Source: an uncultured delta proteobacterium (GTDB taxonomy: Bacteria > Myxococcota_A > Polyangia > Fen-1088). Taken from it: 64,000 nt of DNA. The stretch lies in contig CAVYGB010000010.1 of assembly GCA_963767925.1 (NCBI GenBank), positions 1,472,001 through 1,536,000 on the forward strand, read 5' to 3'. Below the pieces are notes generated by a model, which saw only the letters and a program-made list of their open reading frames with translations, did not search any database and had not been told where the DNA came from. Position numbers and translations under genes: made by a program. Within the stretch, counting starts at the first letter, position 1. The number at the start of each line of letters is the position of its first letter. Of the stretch, positions 29,302 to 38,818 are shown in pieces.

Positions 29302-31917
29302 ATGAGCTCTGACGTGTTGGGTTTCCAGGAGATCGACCGGACCCAGATCGCGCTCGGCGGCGGCAAGGCCGCCAACCTGGCCGAGCTCTCCCGGATCGAG
29401 GGCCTCCGCGTCCCCGATGGCTTCGTGGTCTCCACCCGGGCGTTTGCCCGGATCGTCGAGGAAGCGCCCGCCGTCCAGGGATGGCTCGATCGGCTCGCCG
29501 GCCTGAAGCCGGGGGATCGCGGCAAGATCGGTGACCTGAGCCGCGAGCTCCGGCGGGCCATCGAAGGCATCGCCATCCCGGAGGACCTGCAGCAGGAGAT
29601 CTCCCGCCATCTCGCCCGGCTGGGAGCGGGCGAGGCCTACGCCGTCCGCTCCAGCGCCACCGCGGAGGATCTGCCGACGGCATCTTTCGCCGGGCAGCAG
29701 GACACCTACCTGAACGTCATCGGAAAGGCGGAGATCCTGCGCCACATCAGCCGGTGCTGGGCGTCGCTCTTCACCGACCGGGCCGTCACCTACCGCCTGC
29801 AGAACGGCTTCGACCACCGTCAGGTCCGCCTGGCGGTGATCGTCCAGCGGATGGTCCTCCCCCAGGCGGCCGGCATCCTGTTCACCGCGGACCCGGTCAC
29901 AGGCAACCGGAAGGTGTCGACCATCGATGCCAGCTTCGGCCTGGGCGAGGCGCTGGTCTCCGGCCGGGTGAACCCGGACGTCTACAAGGTCCGGGACGGG
30001 AAGGTGATCGACAAGAAGATCTCCACCAAGACGCTGGCCATCCGGGCGCGGCCGGGCGGCGGCACGACCGAGCAGGAGCTGGGGCCCGATCGGCAGACCC
30101 GGCAAACCCTGACCGACGAGCAGGTCCTGCAGCTCGAGCGGCTGGGCAGAAAGATGGAAGCGCACTTCGGCCAGCCCCAGGACATCGAATGGTGCCTGGC
30201 CGAGGGCGCCCTTCACATCGTCCAGAGCCGGCCGATCACGACGGTGTTCCCGGTCCCCGAGGCTGCGGATCGCGCCAATCACGTCTACGTCTCGGTCGGT
30301 CATCAACAGATGATGACCGACCCCCTGAAACCGCTGGGGTTGTCGTTCTTCCTGCTGTCGTCCTACGGGAACATGTTCCAGGCGGGGGGAAGGCTGTTCG
30401 TCGATGTCACGAAGGGCCTGGCCGCGCCGGCCAGCCGGCAAAACCTGCTGGACGTCCTTGGACAGTCCGACCCGCTCATCAAAGATGCCCTGGTCACCGT
30501 GCTGGACCGGGGAGACTTCATCGAGACCACCTCGAGCGAACCGCCGAGCCCGTTCCCCATCAAGAGCCACCGGGGCATGTCGGCCGCCGACATCGCGGCG
30601 CCGGTGGCGAACGACCCGGACCTCGTTCCTGGACTGATCGAGCGCGCTCGGACCGAGCTGGCCACCCTGAAGCAGAACCTCCGGGGCAAGTCCGGACTGG
30701 AGCTGTTCGACCTCATCGTGGCCGACATCGGGCAGATGAAGAAGTTGAACTCCGACTCGAAGAACCTCAGCGCCATCCTGGCCGGGATCAACGCCTCCGC
30801 CTGGATCAACGAGAAGATGCGGGACTGGCTGGGCGAGAAGAACACCGCCGACGTCATTGCCCAGTCCGTCCCCGGCAACGTCACGGCGGAGATGGGCCTG
30901 GCGCTGCTGGACGTCGCCGACGCGATCCGCCCCCACCCGGCGGTGGTCGAGTACCTGCAGCAGGTGACGACCGACGACTTCCTGGATGGGCTGGCGAAGC
31001 TGGAGGGCGGCCGGGAAGCCGGCCGGGCCATCCAGGCGTTTCTCGACAAATACGGGATGAGATGCGCCGGCGAGATCGACATCACCCGGCCGCGCTGGAG
31101 CGAGAAGCCCGCCACCCTCGTGCCTCTGATCCTCAGCAACGTCAGAAACTTCCCGCCCGGCGCCGGCAAGCAGAAATTCGAAGAAGGGCGACAGGAATCG
31201 CTGGCCAAGGAGAAGGAGCTCCTCGAACGCCTGCAGCGGCTGCCGGACGGCGAAGCGAAGGTCTCGGAGACCAGGCTGATGGTCGGCCAGGTCCGCAGCT
31301 TCATGGGATACCGGGAGTACCCGAAGTACGCCATGGTGAACCGCTACTTCGTCTACAAACAGGCGCTGATGAACGAAGCGGAACAGCTCGCCCGGGTCGG
31401 GGTGCTCGCCGAACGAGACGACAGCCACTACCTCCGGTTCGAGGAGCTGCAGGACGCCGTGCGCACCGGCCGTGTGGATCGCGACCTCATCGCCCGCCGA
31501 AAACAGGAGCAGCGGCACTTCGAGAAGCTGACCCCACCCCGGGTCCTCACCTCCGACGGCGAGATCCTCAACGGCCGGTACAGGCACGAAAATCTCCCCG
31601 CCGGGGCCATCGCCGGCCTGCCCGTCTCCTCCGGCGTGATCGAGGGCCGCGCTCGCGTCATCCTCAGCATGGAGGACGCCGACCTCGAGGAGGGCGACAT
31701 CCTCGTCACCCGCTTCACCGACCCGAGCTGGACCCCCCTCTTCGTCTCGATCAGCGGCCTGGTCACCGAGGTCGGCGGCCTCATGACCCACGGCGCGGTC
31801 ATCGCCCGCGAATACGGCCTCCCCGCCGTCGTCGGCGTCGAGCACGCCACCCAGCTGATCAAGGACGGCCAGCGGATCCGGGTGAGTGGAACCGACGGCT
31901 ACGTGGAGATCCTGTAG
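29302..31917 (+). CDS. rph: Rifamycin-inactivating phosphotransferase
   Basis: 871 aa; ATP-grasp (GGKAANL, AVRSSATAED, QSRPITT), central YVSVGHQQMMTD, YGMRCAGEID, GYREYPKY, C-terminal His swivel GGLMTHGAVIAREYG; no pyruvate-binding barrel. Confidence 0.9.
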   Translation: MSSDVLGFQEIDRTQIALGGGKAANLAELSRIEGLRVPDGFVVSTRAFARIVEEAPAVQGWLDRLAGLKPGDRGKIGDLSRELRRAIEGIAIPEDLQQEISRHLARLGAGEAYAVRSSATAEDLPTASFAGQQDTYLNVIGKAEILRHISRCWASLFTDRAVTYRLQNGFDHRQVRLAVIVQRMVLPQAAGILFTADPVTGNRKVSTIDASFGLGEALVSGRVNPDVYKVRDGKVIDKKISTKTLAIRARPGGGTTEQELGPDRQTRQTLTDEQVLQLERLGRKMEAHFGQPQDIEWCLAEGALHIVQSRPITTVFPVPEAADRANHVYVSVGHQQMMTDPLKPLGLSFFLLSSYGNMFQAGGRLFVDVTKGLAAPASRQNLLDVLGQSDPLIKDALVTVLDRGDFIETTSSEPPSPFPIKSHRGMSAADIAAPVANDPDLVPGLIERARTELATLKQNLRGKSGLELFDLIVADIGQMKKLNSDSKNLSAILAGINASAWINEKMRDWLGEKNTADVIAQSVPGNVTAEMGLALLDVADAIRPHPAVVEYLQQVTTDDFLDGLAKLEGGREAGRAIQAFLDKYGMRCAGEIDITRPRWSEKPATLVPLILSNVRNFPPGAGKQKFEEGRQESLAKEKELLERLQRLPDGEAKVSETRLMVGQVRSFMGYREYPKYAMVNRYFVYKQALMNEAEQLARVGVLAERDDSHYLRFEELQDAVRTGRVDRDLIARRKQEQRHFEKLTPPRVLTSDGEILNGRYRHENLPAGAIAGLPVSSGVIEGRARVILSMEDADLEEGDILVTRFTDPSWTPLFVSISGLVTEVGGLMTHGAVIAREYGLPAVVGVEHATQLIKDGQRIRVSGTDGYVEIL

Positions 31918-31929
31918 CCCCGGGGGTCT

Positions 31930-32050
31930 CGCAGTCGGCGACGCTCTCGCCGCGCAGGGCCCGGTAGAGCGACCTCTGGTCGAGGGGCAGCCGGGGCGTG
32001 CAACTTCCGGAGGCGCTCCTCCTCATTCGCCGGCACGATGGTGGCTGCAT
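31930..32050 (-). pseudogene. Remnant of a GAF/PAS sensor gene
   Basis: MQP then frameshifted IVPANEEERLRKLHA (GAF-sensor-like N-terminus), joined to LPLDQRSLYRALRGESVADCE (PAS-like). Confidence 0.45.
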
Positions 32051-32150
32051 GTGGCGACCTTCAGGGCTCTACATCGACAGCCCCCCCGATCTGGACCCCG
32101 CGCTCGCCGCCCCGGCTGCTCGCGGAAGGGACACCGGGCCCCGGCTGCCG

Positions 32151-32702
32151 TCAGGACGATCCGCGGGGCCGGTAGCAGAAGCCGATCCGGAACCGCAGCT
32201 TTCCATTCTGCAGGAGATCGGGCAGCGGCGGCGGCAGGGGCGCCGACTGCGCGAAGGCCTGCACGGCCATGGCGTCGAGCAGGCTCACCCCCGACGGCAC
32301 CTCGACCGACAAGCTCGCCAGCGTGCCGTTTCTCCGCACCTCGATCAGGAGGGCGGTGTAGCGATCTTCGTCTCCGAAGAGGGTCCCGGTGCGGTCCCTG
32401 CGCCGCTCGTCTTCCGGGCGCCAGTGCGGCGCGACGCGCTCCTTCACCGTCTGGAAGTATCCGCTCCCGGCGCCCGCCGGTCCCGGCCGCTCGTCACAGC
32501 CGGCCGACACCTCCGCCGGCGGAAGCATCGGCAAAGACGGCGAGACCACTCGCGGCGGGTGCCCGCAGGCGCCCGGCCCGATCATGCCCAGCATCGCTCC
32601 GACCCGGGCGGCCCACCCCGCCGCGCTGACCGGGCGAGTCGCCCGCCCGGTCAGCAGCCGGGCGCAGGCCCTCGCGGGCGTCCTTTTGCCTGCGGGCTTC
32701 AT
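32151..32702 (-). CDS. TonB C-terminal domain protein, possibly a lipoprotein
   Basis: YFQTVKERVAPHWRP, NGTL..L.V..PSGVSLLD..AVQAF...APLPPP; start uncertain. Confidence 0.7.
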   Translation of the reverse strand: MKPAGKRTPARACARLLTGRATRPVSAAGWAARVGAMLGMIGPGACGHPPRVVSPSLPMLPPAEVSAGCDERPGPAGAGSGYFQTVKERVAPHWRPEDERRRDRTGTLFGDEDRYTALLIEVRRNGTLASLSVEVPSGVSLLDAMAVQAFAQSAPLPPPLPDLLQNGKLRFRIGFCYRPRGSS

Positions 32703-32840
32703 CTATCGCTGCTTAACACGCCGGTAGCGCCTCGGCGCGCCCTCTCGACCCCGGTCGTGGGGGCCAGAACATGGCGCCATTGGCCGGATCCCACCAGGTT
32801 GACCAGCCTGGCCAGAGACAGACCGTGCGGGAAGGGGTAG

Positions 32841-32869
32841 GTTGACCGCCGACAGGGGCGGACCCATCT
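32841..32869 (+). promoter_or_regulatory. Putative alternative-sigma (RpoH-like) promoter
   Basis: GTTGAC-N16-CCCATCT; a matching motif lies upstream of the SDR gene. Confidence 0.5.
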
Positions 32870-32892
32870 GTTTGGGAAACCTGGAGGTACAG

Positions 32893-33156
32893 ATGTCGCT
32901 TGAAACATTCCTGCTGTGGCTGGTGGTCGGGCTCATCGCGGGCTTCCTGGCCTCGATCCTCGTCGGCGGTGGCCTGGGCCTGATCGGCAACATCATAGTC
33001 GGAGTCGTGGGCGCCTTTCTGGGCGGCTTCCTCTTCCGCGCGCTGGGCATCGGCGTCCCCTTCGGAGGAATGGCAGGCTCCATCTTCGTCGCCTTCGTCG
33101 GCGCCGTCGTGCTCCTGCTCATCTTGCGACTCTTACGCGGCGGCCGCCGCTTGTAG
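32893..33156 (+). CDS. GlsB/YeaQ/YmgE family stress membrane protein
   Basis: WLVVGLIAGFLA, GLIGNIIVGVVGAFLGG, AFVGAVVLL; GGAGG RBS. Confidence 0.93.
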   Translation: MSLETFLLWLVVGLIAGFLASILVGGGLGLIGNIIVGVVGAFLGGFLFRALGIGVPFGGMAGSIFVAFVGAVVLLLILRLLRGGRRL

Positions 33157-33269
33157 CGGCCGCCAGGTCCACCGGCCCGGGTCCGCCCGGGATCGCCGCC
33201 CGACGTCCGCTGAATGAGCGTCTTCTAGCAGGCACGACCTTCGCTGAGCCGCGACGCTGTCGCCTGAGA

Positions 33270-33873
33270 CACCGGCGGGCGGACTCAGCCTACCCGACCG
33301 CGAAGCTGCGAGGCGTCAAAAAGCACGCGGTCGGCGCGGTCCTCGACAACTTGGCGAGAGTCGACCCCCCACCGGAATCACCAGCCAACCGCGGCCGGCT
33401 GTTTCGTCGGATATCTCCTTCTCGACGCGCTGATCGTGAACGTCGATAGGCATCACGAGAACTGGGCGGTCATCCAGAGTTACCAATCGACTCCGATGCG
33501 CAATCTTGCGCCCAGCTACGATCATGCGTCGTCACTTGGACGCGAGTTGCGCGACGAGAAGCGCGCCGCGTATCTTCACGGGCGCGACAAGAGATCCACA
33601 TTGGACGCGTACCTGCGTCGCGCGCGATCGGCATTCTATTCAGGGCACAGCGCCGTAGCTCCGATGACTCCACTTGAGGCCTTCCACGCCGGACGCGACT
33701 TTGCCCCCGAGGCTGCAGCCTTCTGGCTGCCCCGCGTCCGAGACCTGCGTCAAGATGTCATCGAGGACATCGTGAACGCCGTTCCACCCGAGCTCATGAG
33801 CGACACCGCTCGGCATTTCGCCGCCCAAGTCGTGGTTCGCTCACGGGCCGCATTGCTCGCTGGTGCTCCGTGA
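33270..33873 (+). pseudogene. 5'-truncated, frameshifted HipA-like kinase
   Basis: FVGYLLLDALIVNVDRHHENWAV and LAPSYDHASSLG; upstream part is in another frame; N-lobe not found; start approximate. Confidence 0.75.
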
Positions 33874-34628
33874 GTGATCAGTTCGCCCGCAGGCTGGTCG
33901 TAACGTGGAAGAACGATTCCAGCCGCCGAATCATCCCGGTCGGCGAGCTCCTCGTGAGCGCTGACGAGAAGCAATACGAGTTCGGTTACCTCATGGGCGT
34001 TCGCGATGCCGAGAGCCATGGCTTTCAGCCCTTCGTCGCCTTCCCGCGTCTGGACACCAGATACGAGAGCTCAGAGCTGTTTCCGTTCTTCGCGAACCGC
34101 GTCCTCCCGACCACGCCCCGACTACCTGGAATCCTTGAACGCAGTCGGCCTCGACGCCGCTCAAGCCAGTGTCGCCGAGGTGCTCGGGCGAACGAACGGG
34201 TTACGAGCAACCGATCGGATCGAAACCATTCTCGTACCGATACCCGACCTCGCTGGAAGGTACGTGACCCGATTCCTAGTTCGTGGCGTGCGCTACGCGG
34301 ACGGTAGCGAGCTGGCTATTGCTTCACTGGTGGCGGGCTCTCGACTCCGCGCCGTTATCGATGAACAAAACGACTACGACCCTCGCGCGCGAAAGCTTCT
34401 GACAAACAATGACGTAGCTATCGGACACGTGCCGGACTACTTGATCGCCGATCTGGACGCCCTTGAAGCGGCCGGTGAGGCACCAGCCGTCATCGTGGAG
34501 CGCGTAAATCCGCCCCCCACGTCGCTGCACTTCGAGTCCTTTGCCGTGTGGAATCGACGTGGCCTGGAGGGTTCGTTCCATTCGATGATCCCCGCCTCCT
34601 TCAGCGGGCCACCCCGTACGCGGCATAG
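33870..34628 (+). pseudogene. HipS-like/HIRAN domain protein with two frameshifts
   Basis: LVVTWKN..PVGEL, YEFGY, YESSELFPFFANRV /fs about 34115/ RPDY..G.RATDRIE, FLVRGVRY, NDYDPRA, IGHVPDYL /fs about 34530/ RVLCRVESTWPGGFVPF. Confidence 0.75.
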
Positions 34629-34662
34629 GGGCGACATACTTCGATCGCCTCGAAGGCGGCTG

Positions 34663-35049
34663 CTACGACATCCGCCTCGGGACGTGGGCCACGGCCAGCT
34701 CGTCTGCGAGGTCCGCGAACCGGGGGTCTGCCGTCCACACCTGAAGCCGATCAACGAGCGCGGACGCCAGCAGATGGACATCGATCCACCCCACGCCGCG
34801 GCCCTGGAGGCGTCGATCGCGCGCGAATGCGACGACCTCGCGGTGAGGAATCACACTCGCCTGGCGCATCTGCGCGTAGGCCACCAGCAGTTTCGGTCGC
34901 CCTCCCCTGTCGCCGATCAGGAGCTCGCCAAAGATCAGCTCATGCCCGACCACCTCATCGCGCTCGAGAAGCCGGTCGAGCTCGGCGGCGTACGGCTCAC
35001 GATTGGCCAGGAAGCGAATCCAAACAGAGGTATCGACGAGCACCATCAT
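34663..35049 (-). CDS. vapC: VapC PIN domain toxin
   Basis: VLVDTSVWI, IFGELLIG, GVGWIDVHLLASA, WTADPRF. Confidence 0.93.
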   Translation of the reverse strand: MMVLVDTSVWIRFLANREPYAAELDRLLERDEVVGHELIFGELLIGDRGGRPKLLVAYAQMRQASVIPHREVVAFARDRRLQGRGVGWIDVHLLASALVDRLQVWTADPRFADLADELAVAHVPRRMS

Positions 35050-35261
35050 GCGGCCCGACGCTTCGTCGGCGGCTTGTCGCGCCTCCGTGGGACGTCTTTT
35101 GCGCCGGGCTCCGACCCGCGCAGCGCCCTCAAGCGTTCGTAAGCTGCGTGTCGGACCAGCGCCTCCAAGCCCAGCCGGACCGTCTCCGTATCAGTCGCTG
35201 CCCCACAGGCGCTCCTGGCCTCCTCCAGGAGCTTTTCGTCGATGTGCAGCGTCTTCTTCAT
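35046..35261 (-). CDS. vapB: VapB-type antitoxin (RHH)
   Basis: MKKTLHIDEKLLEEA....TDTETVRLGLEALV; ATGA overlap with vapC. Confidence 0.88.
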   Translation of the reverse strand: MKKTLHIDEKLLEEARSACGAATDTETVRLGLEALVRHAAYERLRALRGSEPGAKDVPRRRDKPPTKRRAA

Positions 35262-35273
35262 AAGGACAAATCT

Positions 35274-35289
35274 GCCATACACATATGGC
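35274..35289. promoter_or_regulatory. Putative VapBC operator
   Basis: GCCATA-CACA-TATGGC inverted repeat, 12 bp upstream of the vapB ATG. Confidence 0.55.
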
Positions 35290-35375
35290 TCCCACAAGCC
35301 CGGCAGGTGAGCAGACCTCCAGGGCACCGTCGGTCTGGCCGGAGGCCGGCGTTCGCCGTTCAAACCGTTCGGTGC

Positions 35376-36374
35376 TTAGCGGCTGGCGGCGGCGGGGGTC
35401 AGGGTGGGGGCGGGGGGCGCCGGGAGGGAAGGCGGGGCTGGCTTGGCCGCGGCGGTCGTCGCCGGGCTGGCGGGCTGCTCCGCGGCGGCGATGGCCTTGG
35501 TACGGATCTCGTCTTTGATCTTTTCGAGCCCGGGATCGGGGGCGGCGGCGACCGGCGCGAGTGGGGGCGCCTCGGCCTTGGGCCGGGTGAACATCTCTTC
35601 GAGGCGCTTGATCCGCGACTCTGTCGAGGGGTGGGTCGACAGCAGGATGCTCATGGCCGGGGTCGGGTCGGCGGCCGCCCGCCGCGAGAGGAACTGCGCC
35701 AGGCCGCCGGGTTGAAAGCCGGCCGCCCGGGTGTATTTGAGGGCGATGCCGTCGGCCGCCAGCTCCTGCTGGCGCGAGCGCACAGCCACCGCGCCGCCGC
35801 CCACGAAGCCGGCAGAGATCTCGGCCACCACCCGCTTGGAGTCCCCCTTCTTCGCCAGGTCGACGCCCGCCGCCGTCAGCACGGCGGTCGACCCCATCAC
35901 CTCGATCAGGCGCTCCATGGCGTGGCCCTTCACCGCGTGCCCCAGCTCGTGCGCCAGGATGCCGGCCAGCTCGTCGCGGCTGGCCACCTCGAGCAGCAGG
36001 CCCGAATAGACGTACACCGTACCGCCGGGGATCTCGAAGGCGTTGGCCCGCTGCCAGTCGTCGATGATCTTTATCCCGAGCTTGCGGCCGCCGCTGTCCT
36101 TGGCGGCGGCCTTCACCAGCGGGGCCCAGACCTCCTTGACGTATCCGGCGATGGTCGGGTTCGCCGGGCGCGTCTGGCGCTCGATGCCGGGTTCGACCTT
36201 CTTCTGCAGGTTCTTCTCGGCCTGGACGGTCCCCGCCTTCTTGACGTCCTCGACGTTGTCGTCGACCAGCCGCGAGAACTTCGCCCGGCCCAGGTCGGTC
36301 AGCCCACACCCGATCGATGTAAGCGTCAGCCCGTTCAGCGCCCACATCCACGTCGCTCTGGCTCGCAGATTCAT
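35376..36374 (-). CDS. M48 metallopeptidase, probable lipoprotein
   Basis: NAFEIPGG.VYV.SGLL, ELAGILAHELGH, SRQQELAAD, LSTHPS...RI; N-terminal SIGC. Confidence 0.9.
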   Translation of the reverse strand: MNLRARATWMWALNGLTLTSIGCGLTDLGRAKFSRLVDDNVEDVKKAGTVQAEKNLQKKVEPGIERQTRPANPTIAGYVKEVWAPLVKAAAKDSGGRKLGIKIIDDWQRANAFEIPGGTVYVYSGLLLEVASRDELAGILAHELGHAVKGHAMERLIEVMGSTAVLTAAGVDLAKKGDSKRVVAEISAGFVGGGAVAVRSRQQELAADGIALKYTRAAGFQPGGLAQFLSRRAAADPTPAMSILLSTHPSTESRIKRLEEMFTRPKAEAPPLAPVAAAPDPGLEKIKDEIRTKAIAAAEQPASPATTAAAKPAPPSLPAPPAPTLTPAAASR

Positions 36375-36410
36375 CTGGAAGACTCCGCCGCTTGTACGTT
36401 CGATAGAACG

Positions 36411-37139
36411 ATGGTGACCCCAGAACTTCCTTCGTCACCGCCTGGGCGCCACGCGGGCGGGATCCTTTTGCTCATCCTCCTCGCCGCCGCTCCGGCTGGC
36501 TGTGCCCTGGCCCCGCAGGCCGCGCCCGACAACGGGCCCGCCTCGCTGCCCAGCTTCCCCTGGCCGCCGCCCGCCGCCTCCGCCCACGACGACCTGACCG
36601 TGGCCCTGACCCGAGCCCCCGCCAGCACGCTCGGCGAATGGGACGCCCGGCTGGCTGCGGCCCTGGCTCAGGCGGGCTACAGCGAGCGGGTCTACCACCA
36701 CGTCCCCGAGGGCTTCGCCCTGGTGACCCGCCTCGAGCAGATCGACGGGGACGGCCGCCCCCGGGGCGAGCAGCGCTGGTCGAAGGACCAGCCCCGCCCC
36801 GAATTCTTCTCTCTCGGGTCGTACCTGCGCTCCGTCTTCCTGCCCACGGTGGGTCGCTACCGGGTGCTGGTCTTCGTGGTGAGCTCCGCGCCCTTCGCCC
36901 TGACGGCCCGGGGGCCTTCCCGCGAGAAGGCGGACGACTGGGGCCGCAGCGGCATGCTCGGCTTGCCCGCCTCGATCGCCGGGCAGGCGCTGGCGCCCGG
37001 GCACCGCTGCGCCGCCCTGGTGTACGAGTTCGAGCGGCCGGACGCCGAGCAGGACCCCCGCTTCGTCGAGGCCAGCTTGCTCAGCGGCCACCAGCACCTG
37101 GTCGGCAGCGGCCTCTGGCAGAGGATCTCCGGGTCGTGA
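36411..37139 (+). CDS. Uncharacterised lipoprotein (FPWPPP domain)
   Basis: Signal peptide with PAGC; globular-looking FPWPPP..GY.E..VPEGFALVTRLEQI..YRVLVFVV..ALVYEF. Confidence 0.75.
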   Translation: MVTPELPSSPPGRHAGGILLLILLAAAPAGCALAPQAAPDNGPASLPSFPWPPPAASAHDDLTVALTRAPASTLGEWDARLAAALAQAGYSERVYHHVPEGFALVTRLEQIDGDGRPRGEQRWSKDQPRPEFFSLGSYLRSVFLPTVGRYRVLVFVVSSAPFALTARGPSREKADDWGRSGMLGLPASIAGQALAPGHRCAALVYEFERPDAEQDPRFVEASLLSGHQHLVGSGLWQRISGS

Positions 37140-37573
37140 GCCGGATTCCCCTGCGGAGCGCGCGCCGGCGGCTGCTCGTTCACTGGTGCGCCGGGACGCT
37201 GTTCGCGACGCTCACCCTGTTCGCCCAGACGCTGGGCGGCCGCCACGGCGACGGCGTCGATCGCGTCTGGAGCTGGCTGGCCACCGCGGTGGTCCCCACG
37301 CTGTCCCTCGTCACCGCGGTGGTGGGCGCCGACGCCCGCGGCCCACGCCGCCGCGACTCCTCCGTCGACCGCTTCTTCTACCGGCTCACGGTGCTCCTCA
37401 CCTGGGTCTATCTGGGCGCGCTCTGCCTCATCCTCTGGCTCCCCTGGCAGTCCGCCAGCTTCCTCCAGAGAGCCGGCCTGTTCACCGCCATCTTTCAGGG
37501 CGTCGTCGCCGCCTCCTTCGGCATCTTCTTTACCCAGACCACATCCGACCCCAAACCCGAACCAGCGAGCTAG
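37136..37573 (+). CDS. Uncharacterised 4-TM membrane protein
   Basis: Four hydrophobic helices; GTGA overlap with the upstream lipoprotein. Confidence 0.75.
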   Translation: MSRIPLRSARRRLLVHWCAGTLFATLTLFAQTLGGRHGDGVDRVWSWLATAVVPTLSLVTAVVGADARGPRRRDSSVDRFFYRLTVLLTWVYLGALCLILWLPWQSASFLQRAGLFTAIFQGVVAASFGIFFTQTTSDPKPEPAS

Positions 37574-37718
37574 GGCGCGGCCGTTTGCGGAGAACGCGCC
37601 GTCCCTCGGCGAGGGGAACGGAGCGGAATCTGAGGCCATCAACCTCTTTTGCGCCGCTCAACCAAGAATCGTAGGGGAGTACCCTCGGTCGCTGTGACGT
37701 CGGCGCTCGCCGCTGATC

Positions 37719-38702
37719 TCAAGCCGGGCGCTGGGCCACCACCATCGAGATCCACGAGGGGCCGGGCAGGGCGCGCGGGAGGAGGCCGGCTTCGCCGAGG
37801 AGGGTCTCGACCTCGGCGGCGTGGAGGACGGGGCCTCCCCAGGACTCGAGGACCAGGGACCAGACGGCGCTCCGGGCTTCGCCGGCGGCGCTGTTGATGA
37901 CCGGTATGATCACCCAGCCGCCGGGGCGCAGGGCGGTGCGGATGCGCGCCAGGGCTTCGGCCACGTCCGCGCGCCTTCCGAGGAAGAAGGCCGGTAGCCA
38001 GGCGGCTTCGTAGCTGGCGTCGTCCCGCAGCTCCTGGACGGTCATCGCGCGCAGGTCGACGCGGTCGGTGAAGCCGGCGGCGGCGACGTTGGCGCGCGCG
38101 AGGGCGAGCGGGACCTCGTAGGGGTCGAGGCCGACCACGGCCAGGGCCGGGAACTCCTTGCACAGGGCGATGCTGAGGGCGGCGACGCCGACGCCGACGT
38201 CGAGGAACCGGGCGCCTGGGCGGGCCAGGCGCTCGCTCAGGTCGCCGAGCTGGGGGGCGAGCCGGGTCCTGAACGCGGCGGCGAACATACTCGAACCGTC
38301 GCCCTGGGCCTGGAGGATCGCGGGGTCGGTGTGGCGCCAGCCGGCGCTGGCGGGATCGCCCGCGGCGCGGAGGTAGGCGGAGGCTTGCAGCAAGGCGGAG
38401 CGGTAGTCCCCGGACAGGGCGGCGCGCGCGCCGGGATCGAGGCTCGGCAGCACGCCGGGGGCGAGCTGGTAGCGGGAGCTTTCGACCGCCACCACGCCGC
38501 GGACGGCGGCCACGGCCAGGCAGCGCTCGATGCGCGCCCGGGACAGCGCCGGACAGCGGGCGGCCAGCTCCTCCAGCGTGCGCGGCTCGGCGAGGGCGTC
38601 GGCGAGGCCCGAGTCGAACAGCACGCCGAGCGCGGCGAGGGTCCAGGTCGCGCCGGAGAGCTCGTCGATGAGGACCGAAAACTGCTGTGGGGTCGAGATC
38701 AT
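37719..38702 (-). CDS. SAM-dependent methyltransferase with an N-terminal wHTH/dimerisation region
   Basis: FLDVGVGVA, VVGLDP, LRPGGWV; GGAGG RBS. Confidence 0.88.
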   Translation of the reverse strand: MISTPQQFSVLIDELSGATWTLAALGVLFDSGLADALAEPRTLEELAARCPALSRARIERCLAVAAVRGVVAVESSRYQLAPGVLPSLDPGARAALSGDYRSALLQASAYLRAAGDPASAGWRHTDPAILQAQGDGSSMFAAAFRTRLAPQLGDLSERLARPGARFLDVGVGVAALSIALCKEFPALAVVGLDPYEVPLALARANVAAAGFTDRVDLRAMTVQELRDDASYEAAWLPAFFLGRRADVAEALARIRTALRPGGWVIIPVINSAAGEARSAVWSLVLESWGGPVLHAAEVETLLGEAGLLPRALPGPSWISMVVAQRPA

Positions 38703-38792
38703 GTGGGTTCCTCCCTTGCAGCCGATGGGCAGAGTCTCCGGTCGCCAGGCGGGCGGAGCGCCCTCTGGGCTCGGTCCGACGGGCTGCTATCA

Positions 38793-38817
38793 AAGGCGTT
38801 ACTTTCCCTGGAACACC
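38793..38817 (-). promoter_or_regulatory. 25-bp box A upstream of the methyltransferase
   Basis: GGTGTTCCAGGGAAAGTAACGCCTT; 21/25 identical to box B. Confidence 0.65.
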
Positions 38818-38818
38818 T

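Noticed and set aside
29302..31917. PEP synthase (ppsA)
   Set aside because: The His swivel domain is C-terminal, there is no pyruvate-binding barrel, and Rph-type central motifs are present.
34006..35142. 378-aa ORF as one gene
   Set aside because: Only about 34115-34530 is HIRAN-like; the rest runs antisense over vapBC.
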